NCBI GenBank assembly: GCA_963751035.1
Contig: CAVVSW010000005.1
Coordinates: 2,054,003-2,118,002 of the forward strand
Origin: an uncultured Actinomycetota bacterium
Lineage (GTDB): Bacteria; Actinomycetota; Actinomycetes; JACCUZ01
Direction: 5' to 3'
Length of the DNA: 64,000 bases
Shown here one piece after another: positions 20,140-29,299 of this stretch. Each line of letters opens with the position of its first letter. The first letter of the stretch is position 1. A model generated the notes under the pieces. It was not told where the DNA came from and did no database searches. It saw nothing but the letters and a program-made list of their open reading frames with translations. The position numbers and the translations under genes were made by a program.

Positions 20140-21096
20140 GTGAGCGAGCTCGTGGTCGGCGAGGCCGTCGTGCTCGAGATGCGGCTGGCCAAGCTGGCGA
20201 GCCGCTCGCTGGCTCTCGCGCTGGACCTTGCCGTGCAGTTCATCCTGCTGATCGTCGGGACGTTCATCGTCCTCGGTGTGGCCCTGCAGGTCGACGACGC
20301 GCTCGGTGCCGCTCTGTCGCTGATGTTCTTCGTCGCCGTGATCGTCGGCTATCCCGTGTCGTTCGAGACGCTCACCCGAGGGCGGTCGCTCGGCAAGATG
20401 GCACTCGGCCTCCGGGTGGTGCGCGAGGACGGCGGCCCCATCCGGTTCCGGCACGCCCTGGTCCGCGGCCTGACCGGCATCGTGGAGTTCTGGCTGACCG
20501 GAGGCGCGGTCGCGCTGATCACCTCACTCGCGTCGTCCAAGGGCAAGCGCGTCGGTGACTTCCTCGCCGGCACCGTGGTGGTGCGGGAGCGGATGCCGAC
20601 CCAGGCGGCACCGATCGCGATGATGCCGCCGCAGCTGGCCGGCTGGGCGAGCACGCTCGACCTGGCCCGGGTGCCCGACGACCTGGCCCTGGCCGCCCGG
20701 CAGTTCCTGGGCCGCTTCCAGGACCTGTCGCCCGAGGTGCGGGAGTCGATGGGGAGCCGCCTGGCCACTGCGATGGCCGGGGTCACGGCTCCCCCACCGC
20801 CACCCGGCGTACCGGCCTGGGCGTTCCTCTCGGCCGTGCTCGCGGAGCGACGTCGCCGCGAGATGGCGCGGATGCTGCCGCCCGCCGGCTATCAGCCGAT
20901 GTCGCCGTACGGCGGCCACCACCCGGTCGCGCCGCAACCGCCACCTGCCCCGCCGTACGGCTGGCAGCATCCGGTCGCGCCGCAGCAGTTCGCGCCGCAG
21001 CAGTTCGCGCCGCAGCAGTTCGCGCCGCAGCCAACCGCGGCCCGGCCGGCGGAGGAGGCGCCGGAGGACGGCAACCCCTTCACGCCACCGGGCTAG
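20140..21096 (+). CDS. RDD-family membrane protein with Pro/Gln-rich repetitive C-terminus
   Basis: GTG 20140 preceded by GGAGGAGG. Has an RDD-like core (..TLTRGRSLGKMALGLRVVREDG..RHALVRGL..) and a C-terminal PQQFAPQQFAPQQFAPQ. Confidence 0.82.
   Translation: MSELVVGEAVVLEMRLAKLASRSLALALDLAVQFILLIVGTFIVLGVALQVDDALGAALSLMFFVAVIVGYPVSFETLTRGRSLGKMALGLRVVREDGGPIRFRHALVRGLTGIVEFWLTGGAVALITSLASSKGKRVGDFLAGTVVVRERMPTQAAPIAMMPPQLAGWASTLDLARVPDDLALAARQFLGRFQDLSPEVRESMGSRLATAMAGVTAPPPPPGVPAWAFLSAVLAERRRREMARMLPPAGYQPMSPYGGHHPVAPQPPPAPPYGWQHPVAPQQFAPQQFAPQQFAPQPTAARPAEEAPEDGNPFTPPG
20977..21030 (+). repeat. In-frame perfect tandem repeat, 15-bp unit gcgccgcagcagttc x3 plus a partial copy (APQQF)
   Basis: Read directly at 20977-20991, 20992-21006, 21007-21021 and a partial copy at 21022-21030. 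Confidence 0.9.
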
Positions 21097-21132
21097 CGGA
21101 CCTACTGGCTGAAGGCCACTCGCGGAGACAAC

Positions 21133-22605
<1,473 letters not shown>

Positions 22606-22760
22606 GTCTCTCCTGGGGACGAGTGCGGGCGGTGCGGTGGACGGGTGGGCGGGCAGCGCGCGCGAATCGGCGACCGTGGTCGCACGCATGCGGTGGGGAA
22701 CTGCCCGGCGCGGCCCCTCCGGGCCAACCCATCAGTGACGCCGATGCCTCGTTGCGGAGT

Positions 22761-23720
22761 TTACCCCGAACTGGCCGCGGCAGGCGACTCGGTGGACGCC
22801 TCGGGGTGGCTCGCGTCGATGTCGGGCTCGAGGTAGATCACACGGGCCACCGGCTCGGCCTCACGGACCCGTCGCTCCGCGGCGTTGATCGCCGCAGCCA
22901 CGTCTTCGGCCGACGTACCCGGCGGCACGGCGATCTTCGCGGCCACCAGCAGCTCCTCGGGCCCCAGGTGCAGGGTCCGCATGTGGATGACCCGCACGAT
23001 CAGGTCGTCGTCCTCGAGGGCGGCCCGGATGCGCTCCACGGCCTCCGGGTTGGCTCCCTCTCCGAGCAGCAGGCTCTTGGTCTCGATGCCCAGCAGGACA
23101 GCGACCGTGACCAGCAGCAGGCCGATGGCGACAGTGCCCAGGCCGTCCCACGTCCCGTCGTCAGTGATCAGCGTCAGGCTCACGCCGATCAGGGCGAAGA
23201 ACAGGCCGACGAGTGCGGCGAAGTCTTCGAGCAGGACGACCGGCAGCTCCGGTGCCTTCGAGTGACGGACGAAGGCCACCCAGCCGGTCTTCCCTCGGGC
23301 GTGGTTGGACTCCACGATCGCGGTCCGGAACGAGAAGCTCTCAAGACCGATGGCGACCACGAGGACGACGATGGGCACCCACTTCCAGGAATCGATCGGA
23401 TGCGGGTCCTGCAACTTGTGCCACGCCTCATACAGCGCGAACAGACCACCGACACTGAACAGCACGATCGCGACGATGAACGCGTAGATGTAGCGCTCGC
23501 GCCCGTAGCCGAACGGGTGCTCCGGCGTCGCCGCGCGGCGGGCTCTCTTGCCACCGAGCAGCAGCAGTGCCTGGTTGCTCGAGTCGGCGACCGAGTGAAT
23601 TGCCTCGGCGAGCATCGAGGACGACCCCGTCAGCACGTAGGCGACGAACTTCGTCAGCGCGATACCGATGTTCGCGAACAGGGCCGCCAGGATCGCCCGG
23701 GTGCCCCCACTGGTGCTCAT
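22761..23720 (-). CDS. Cation diffusion facilitator (CDF) family transporter
   Basis: MSTSGGTRAILAALFANIGIALTKFVAYVLTGSSSMLAEAIHSVADSSNQALLL.., six TMs plus a C-terminal cytoplasmic domain. The ATG at 23718-23720 overlaps the stop of the upstream SIS gene (ATGA). The rest of ORF 22761..24620 is out-of-frame read-through of that gene. Confidence 0.9.
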   Translation of the reverse strand: MSTSGGTRAILAALFANIGIALTKFVAYVLTGSSSMLAEAIHSVADSSNQALLLLGGKRARRAATPEHPFGYGRERYIYAFIVAIVLFSVGGLFALYEAWHKLQDPHPIDSWKWVPIVVLVVAIGLESFSFRTAIVESNHARGKTGWVAFVRHSKAPELPVVLLEDFAALVGLFFALIGVSLTLITDDGTWDGLGTVAIGLLLVTVAVLLGIETKSLLLGEGANPEAVERIRAALEDDDLIVRVIHMRTLHLGPEELLVAAKIAVPPGTSAEDVAAAINAAERRVREAEPVARVIYLEPDIDASHPEASTESPAAASSG

Positions 23721-24862
23721 GAGCTGATGCGCTCCTTCACGAAGATGATGGGGTCGATCGGCGTGGGATCGATGCCCTGAGCCAGCGCGAGGTAGACGCT
23801 CGCGAAGTCGGTGGGCGCCACCAGGCTTGCCATCCGGGCGAGGGGGTGCTCGCCGGTGGCCGCGAGCTCCTGTACGCCGACGCCGTACTCCTCGGCGAGG
23901 GCGAGGGTCGCCTCCCGCCGGCGGGCGAGCTCGGGCTGCTCCTCGCTGTCCCGGAGCAGCAGGAGGCGCAGCGCCGGCCAGCCACGCTCGTCCTCGACCC
24001 GGTCGCGGAACAGGTCGTCGGGGTCTGCCTCCCCCGAGCCGAAGGCGCCGGCGAGCGCGACGACCTGGTTGTGGTGCACCTCGGGCAGCACGCCGGAGAC
24101 CGAGGGGTACTTCGCGTTCTCCGCGAGCTGGCAGGCCAGGCGATAGGCGGCGACACCCGCGACCTCGCTGCTCCCCCAGACATAGGGCAACGTGCCGGCC
24201 AGGTCGAGGGCCAGCCGCTTCGCCGGGTTGGCATAGGCCTCGACCGCCGGGCCGCACGCGGCGCTGGTGGCGTCGAGTGCGTCGGCGACCTCGTCGAGCA
24301 CGGCGGGGGGCACGGTGAGCAGGCCGAGCGCGTCGCCGACCAGGAGGACGGGCACCGAGAGCGCCCAGATGTTGCTGCGCGGCATCCGCCCGGCCGGGTC
24401 GACCGGCAGGTGCAGCGCCCGCCCGCCGGCCGACCGCTCCGCCAGCGGCGAGCCGGGCGCTCCGACGGTGATGACCCGGCAGCCCCGGCGCAGTGCCTCG
24501 TCGGTGACGGCGAGCGTCTCCTCGGTGCGGCCGGAGCAGGACACCGACACCACCAGGTCCATCGGCCCCACCCAGCCGGGCAGCCGGTAGCCGCGATGCG
24601 CGACCAGCGGAACGGGACACGCCAGCCCGGCGACCGCGACGAGCACGTCGCCACTGATGCCCGACCCGCCCATGCCGGCCACGAGCACCGCGCGCGGCCG
24701 GCCATCGGCGACCACACCGCTCAGGTCGACCTCGCCGATGCGCAGCGCCGCCTCGCGCACCTGGGCGCCGGCGGTCGCGACGGCGCGCAGCATGCCACCC
24801 GGGTCGCCGGCGGCGAGCTTGCCCGGGTCGTCGAGGACGGTCTCGTCGATCGCCGTCGCCAT
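23717..24862 (-). CDS. SIS-domain protein, bifunctional glucose-6-P/mannose-6-P isomerase family
   Basis: MATAIDETVLDDPGKL..VLVAGMGGSGISGDVL..VSVSCSGRTEETL.. The position next to manB is as for Rv3256c (from memory). Confidence 0.78.
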   Translation of the reverse strand: MATAIDETVLDDPGKLAAGDPGGMLRAVATAGAQVREAALRIGEVDLSGVVADGRPRAVLVAGMGGSGISGDVLVAVAGLACPVPLVAHRGYRLPGWVGPMDLVVSVSCSGRTEETLAVTDEALRRGCRVITVGAPGSPLAERSAGGRALHLPVDPAGRMPRSNIWALSVPVLLVGDALGLLTVPPAVLDEVADALDATSAACGPAVEAYANPAKRLALDLAGTLPYVWGSSEVAGVAAYRLACQLAENAKYPSVSGVLPEVHHNQVVALAGAFGSGEADPDDLFRDRVEDERGWPALRLLLLRDSEEQPELARRREATLALAEEYGVGVQELAATGEHPLARMASLVAPTDFASVYLALAQGIDPTPIDPIIFVKERISS

Positions 24863-24872
24863 CAGTGCTCGC

Positions 24873-25055
24873 TCATCGCGTCGGCTTGCGCGCCTCGTCG
24901 ATGAGCAACACGGGGATGTCGTCGCGCACGGGGTAGGCGAGACCGCACGTGTCCGACGTGCACACCAGCTCCTGCGCCGACTCGTCCACGCGCAGGGCCG
25001 CATGGCACTGCGGGCACGCGAGGATCTCCAGCAACTGCGGGTCGAGCTGCATCAT
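24873..25055 (-). CDS. Trm112-family small zinc-finger-like protein
   Basis: [52 protein letters not shown]. 60 aa, the classic Trm112 pattern. Confidence 0.8.
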   Translation of the reverse strand: MMQLDPQLLEILACPQCHAALRVDESAQELVCTSDTCGLAYPVRDDIPVLLIDEARKPTR

Positions 25056-25059
25056 TCGT

Positions 25060-26418
25060 TCAACTCTCCTTCCGGACCAGCGCGAGGACCTCGTCGCGTA
25101 GGGCAGCCATGGTGGCATGCGTGGTTGCCTCGACGTTGAGCCGGAGCAGCGGCTCGGTGTTGGAGGCGCGCAGGTTGAACCACCAGTCCCCACTCGAGAG
25201 GGTTAGCCCGTCGAGCTCGTCGACCTCGACTCCCGGGCGGTCGGCGAACGACTCCCGGACTGCCTCGGTGCGGCCGGCCTGGTCGTGAACCTCGCTGTTG
25301 ATCTCACCGGACGCGACGTAGCGCTCGAACTGAGCGGCGAACTGCGAGAGCGGCAGCTGCTGCTCGGCGAGCGCGGCGAGGACGTGCAGGGCGGCCAGCA
25401 TGCCGGTGTCGGCCCGCCAGAAGTCGCGGAAGTAGTAGTGCGCCGAGTGCTCACCGCCGAAGACGGCGTCGGTCCTCGCCATCTCCTCCTTGATGAACGA
25501 GTGACCCACCCGGGTCCGCACCGGGATCCCGCCGTGCTCGCGGATGATCTCCGGCACGGCGCGGGACGTGATCAGGTTGTGGATCACCGTCCCCCCGGGA
25601 TGCTTCGCCAGCTCGCGCACCGCCACCAGCGCCGTGACCGCCGACGGTGAGACGGGGGCGCCGCGCTCGTCGACCACGAAGCAGCGGTCCGCGTCGCCGT
25701 CGAAGGCCAGGCCGATGTCGGCGCCCTCCTCCTGCACGCGGGCCTGCAGGTCGACGAGGTTGGCCGGGTCGAGCGGGTTGGCGTCGTGGTTGGGGAACGT
25801 GCCGTCCAGCTCGAAGTACATCGGCACCAGCGTGACGGGCAGGCCGGCCAGCACCGCGGGCACCGTGTGCCCGGCCATCCCGTTGGCGGCGTCAACCACG
25901 ACCGTCAGCGGCCGCGCGGCGCGCAGGTCCACGAGCGAGCGCAGATACTCGCCGTACGACGGGAGGACGTCGCGCGTCGTGACGGTCCCCTTGGCCCCGG
26001 AGAAGCCGGGGACGCCCTCTTCGGCCAGCCGGCGCACCTCGGCGAGGCCCGAGTCCCGCCCGACCGGCGTCGCGCCCGCGCGGCACAGCTTGATGCCGTT
26101 GTAGCGCGCCGGGTTGTGGCTGGCGGTGAACATCGCGCCCGGCAGGTCGAGGTGACCGCTGGCGTAGTAGAGCTGGTCGGTGGAGGCCAGCCCGATGTCG
26201 ATGACGTCGGTCCCCTGGGAGCAGGCACCTTCGGCGAACGCAGCCACCAGGGCCTTCGACGACGGCCGCATGTCCTGGCCCACCACGAGCCCCGAGCCGG
26301 CCGCGCCGGTGACCCGGGCGAACGCGGCGCCGATGTCGCGCGCGACGTTCTCGTCGAGCTCGTCGGGGACCACGCCACGGATGTCGTAAGCCTTGACGAT
26401 CGTGGACAGGTCGGGCAC
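25060..26418 (-). CDS. manB: Phosphomannomutase/phosphoglucomutase
   Basis: 452 aa. Active-site loop [14 protein letters not shown], metal loop [16 protein letters not shown], and C-terminal ..[13 protein letters not shown]. Confidence 0.92.
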   Translation of the reverse strand: MPDLSTIVKAYDIRGVVPDELDENVARDIGAAFARVTGAAGSGLVVGQDMRPSSKALVAAFAEGACSQGTDVIDIGLASTDQLYYASGHLDLPGAMFTASHNPARYNGIKLCRAGATPVGRDSGLAEVRRLAEEGVPGFSGAKGTVTTRDVLPSYGEYLRSLVDLRAARPLTVVVDAANGMAGHTVPAVLAGLPVTLVPMYFELDGTFPNHDANPLDPANLVDLQARVQEEGADIGLAFDGDADRCFVVDERGAPVSPSAVTALVAVRELAKHPGGTVIHNLITSRAVPEIIREHGGIPVRTRVGHSFIKEEMARTDAVFGGEHSAHYYFRDFWRADTGMLAALHVLAALAEQQLPLSQFAAQFERYVASGEINSEVHDQAGRTEAVRESFADRPGVEVDELDGLTLSSGDWWFNLRASNTEPLLRLNVEATTHATMAALRDEVLALVRKES

Positions 26419-26458
26419 GGCGGGGAGCCTATCGGCCGGTCAGCGACCGGCTGGGCGC

Positions 26459-26713
26459 CTAGATCTTGCGGGTCTTGTCCAGGACGCGGTCGACCGGCAG
26501 CACGCCACCGTCGGAGCCCTGCTCCTCCCAGGTGCGGTGCTCGCAGCGGTGGCAGGACGTGAACTGCACCGGCGACCCGTCGGTGAGGCTCATCGCGATG
26601 CGGGTGACCCGCTCGCTGCCACAGGCGCGGCAGCCGGCGCCGGTGCGGGCACCGCGCTGAGTGAGGGATCCGAGGGGGACGTGGGTGCGGGCAGCAGTAC
26701 TTGAGCGAGGCAT
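26459..26713 (-). CDS. Small conserved hypothetical protein with two CxxC pairs (zinc-ribbon-like)
   Basis: 84 aa with ..CRACGSERV..SCHRCEHRTWEEQG.. GGAG lies before the ATG. Family name not recognised. Confidence 0.5.
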   Translation of the reverse strand: MPRSSTAARTHVPLGSLTQRGARTGAGCRACGSERVTRIAMSLTDGSPVQFTSCHRCEHRTWEEQGSDGGVLPVDRVLDKTRKI

Positions 26714-26888
26714 GACGGTCTCCAGCAGCGGATGAGAAGCGCGATAAGAGGACAGAGAAAGTGGATGAAGAGCCGAGCAGACAACGGGGTTGCATCGGCA
26801 GCCCCCCGGTGCGGGCTTGAATTACGGGAGGTTCGCGACAAATCGCGCGGCTGAGCCCGCTGCGGGCGGGCGAGCGGTCAGGATTCGG

Positions 26889-27251
26889 TCAGGAATCGGT
26901 GTCGCGCAGGACCCGCAGGTGTCCGCGCCGGCCGGCGCCGACCGGCATCTGCTCGGGTGCGCCGTCCGGGGCACGCGAGACGTTGGCCGCCTCGCGGACC
27001 GCGTCGGCGAGCGCCTCGAGGTCGTCGATGCTCGGACCGAGCAGGTCGGGGTCGGGGGCGAGCCGGAGCACCTCCCAGCCGCGCGGCGCGGTGAGCCGCT
27101 CCGAGTGGGGGACGCAGAGGTCGTAGCAGTGCGGCTCGGCGTAGGTGGCGAGCGGGCCGAGCACCGCCGTCGAGTCGGCGTAGACATAGGTGAGCGTGGC
27201 AACGGCGGGCCGGCCGCAGGCGGAGCGCGAGCAGCGGCGGAGCGGACTCAC
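26889..27251 (-). CDS. DUF3499 domain-containing protein
   Basis: GTG 27249-27251. VSPLRRCSRSACGRPAVATLTYVYADSTAVLGPLATYAEPHCYDLCVPHSERLTAPRGWEVLRL..RRGHLRVLRD is almost identical in pattern to Streptomyces and mycobacterial DUF3499 (Rv3258c-like), from memory. Confidence 0.82.
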   Translation of the reverse strand: MSPLRRCSRSACGRPAVATLTYVYADSTAVLGPLATYAEPHCYDLCVPHSERLTAPRGWEVLRLAPDPDLLGPSIDDLEALADAVREAANVSRAPDGAPEQMPVGAGRRGHLRVLRDTDS

Positions 27252-27350
27252 GAGCCAGACGTTATCGACCGCCACCGACCGCGCCGGGGATCTGCCGCGG
27301 CGCGTCGCCGTGGGTCTGGCGCCCGGGGACGCTCGACTAGCCTCGGCCGG

Positions 27351-27782
27351 GTGAGACACGGGCACCGCGACCGCCGCGGCCGGGGCCTGCGGGGACCCCT
27401 CGCCCCACCGGGCAGCCCCCTGTGGGTCACCCCGGCCGAGCGCTTCGACGAGCTCGTCCTGGACGCGGTCGAGGCGCTCGAGGAGTCCTGGGCCGAGTCG
27501 CTGCGGGCGGTCGAGTTCGTCGTCGAGGAGGTGCCACCGGAGCCGGTCGACGGCGCGGGAGCAGCCGAGGCACCGGTTCCCCTCGGTCGCACCTTTCCTG
27601 CACGCGAGGGCCGGCCCGCGCGCGTGGTCGTCTACCGGCGCCCGGTCGAGGGCCGCACCCCGGCGTCGCGGCTCCGCGACGCGTTCGTGCACGACGTCGT
27701 GGTCGAGCTGGTCGCCGAGCTGCTCGGGCTGGAGCCGGAGACGGTCGACCCCGACTACCCGCACCACGACGGCTGGAGCTGA
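27351..27782 (+). CDS. Zincin-like 'metallopeptidase family protein' (Rv3259-like), without a visible HExxH
   Basis: GTG 27351 is in the frame of ORF 26790..27782. Contains ..PAERFDELVLDAVEALEE..VEFVVEEVP..VVVYRRPVE..FVHDVVVELVAELLGLEPETVDPDY. Conserved position between DUF3499 and whiB. Confidence 0.7.
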   Translation: MRHGHRDRRGRGLRGPLAPPGSPLWVTPAERFDELVLDAVEALEESWAESLRAVEFVVEEVPPEPVDGAGAAEAPVPLGRTFPAREGRPARVVVYRRPVEGRTPASRLRDAFVHDVVVELVAELLGLEPETVDPDYPHHDGWS

Positions 27783-27818
27783 GCACGGAGGCGCGCAGCC
27801 AGCGGCCGCGATGAGCCG

Positions 27819-29299
27819 TCAGGGCCCGCTGCGCAGGCCCGGTGGACAGGTCGGCCGAGACCTGGGGCACCGCGACGAGGTAGCGGCCCGGGAGCAGCGT
27901 CGACAGCGTCAGCATCGGGCCCCGGCTGTCGGTCTCGGACAACGATCGCGTGGCGAACACCGGCGCCGAGCCGGACAGCGGGATGACCGTGACGGCAAAC
28001 GCCGGCGCTGCACTGATGTCGCGCAGGTTGACGGCGATCTGGGTGCCCTCGGGCACGCTCACCGTCTGGGGCGTGCCCGTCGCGGGCGGCATCGGCGCCA
28101 CCTGCACGGTCGCCGTGCCGCGCGACGCGGCAAGCAGGAGCTGTGCGTCCGCATCCCCGCCGACCGCCGCGAGCGCGAGCACTCCCGGCTGGGCCTGCGT
28201 CAGCGGGCTGTTCGCTGCCGCGTAGGCGAGCTCCGGCTGCTCGCGTCCCGTTCCGACCCGCGCCAGCAGGCCGGCAGTGATCGGCGCGTCGGCGGTGAGC
28301 TCCACCGCGACCGCCTCGCCCCGGGCATGCGTCGCGAGGTCGACGTCGCGCGACCGTGCCGGCGGGGATCTCGACGACGTCGAGCCCGGCGGGGACGAAC
28401 GCGCCGTCGGCTGCGAGCAGCCGGACCCGCACGATCGCGTCGGCGGTCCCCGGCGCGAGCACCTGCAGGTGACGTTCGCCGGACCCGGCCGGTACGCCGG
28501 CGAGAACGACGCGTCGCGACGGTGCCGCGGCGGGTGGAACCCAGTCGACGCCCAGCGGGTCGAGGCCGCGGATCTGCTGGTCACGCAGGGCCGCGGCGAT
28601 GCGGCCCTGGCGCACCTGGACGTGCACACCGAACCGTGGGATGGCCGGAGCCAGCGCGTCGAGCAGGATCACCTCCTGACCACGCGCCGCAACGGACACG
28701 CCCCGCCCCGACGGTGCGTCGATCTCACCCGCGGGGCCGTAGAGCGTCACGTCCACCTGCGCGGGAGCGGACTCGGGGTTGGTGAGGTAGAGCCGGCCGC
28801 GCTGCCCGACCTCGGCACCGCTGCCGACGAACCAGAAGTCGGTGCCGGCAGCGACACAGGACGTCCCGGACAGCCCGCGCAGGTCGCCACTCGGCGTACG
28901 GGTGGTCTCCATCGCCGCGAACCCCGGTGCCAGCTCGTCGGTCGCTTCGCCGACCAGCGCGGGGCTGCGTGCGGGCGCCGCGGCCGCAGCCTGCTGGTCG
29001 GGCGGGGCCAGCGAGACGACCGGTGCTCCCTTGCGCGAGAGGCGCAGCAGCTGCGCCTGGCCGGTGCTCGGCGGTGCGCCGTCCAGCCCCGGCGCGGCCA
29101 TGCCCACCTGGGTCTGGGCGCCCGCGGCCTGGAACGGCTCCGGGCACACGGCCACCCCCCGGACGACCGGCACGGGGGCGCGGCCGGGGGCCTGCGCCAC
29201 GACGGCCGACGGCGGTCCGACCAGGGTGGAGATGCCGGCCCCCAGGGCCAGCAGTGCGGTGACGGCGAGGAAGGACCGGGTGGGCGCGGTTGGCCTCAT
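27819..29299 (-). pseudogene. DUF5719-like secreted protein, reading frame interrupted (at least 2 single-nt shifts, ~28.36 kb and ~27.85 kb)
   Basis: The ATG at 29297-29299 gives MRPTAPTRSFLAVTALLALGAGISTLVGPPSAVVAQAPG (signal-like). Continuity ..LDVVEIPAG|ARSRDVDLATHARGEAVAVELTADAP.. requires a frame change. The stop is assigned to the TGA at 27819-27821, the only frame that does not run antisense through the convergent gene. Family call rests on remembered synteny with the large GT2. Confidence 0.5.

Noticed and set aside
22606-22760. Possible SAH riboswitch in the 155-nt ahcY leader
   Set aside because: SAH riboswitches commonly precede ahcY, so I wrote out the minus-strand leader. I could not find the conserved core I remember (..GAGGAGCGCUGC.. 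/ ..AGGCUCGG.. / ..GCGCCA..) or a convincing P1/P2/P4 pseudoknot arrangement. Only generic GC hairpins appear (e.g. gcccgg..ccgggc). An Infernal scan with RF01057 would settle it.
22761-24620. 619-aa ORF as a single gene
   Set aside because: Only the last 319 codons (from the ATG at 23720) look like a protein, namely the CDF transporter. The upstream 300 codons are an Arg/Pro/Gly-rich alternative frame of the SIS isomerase gene.
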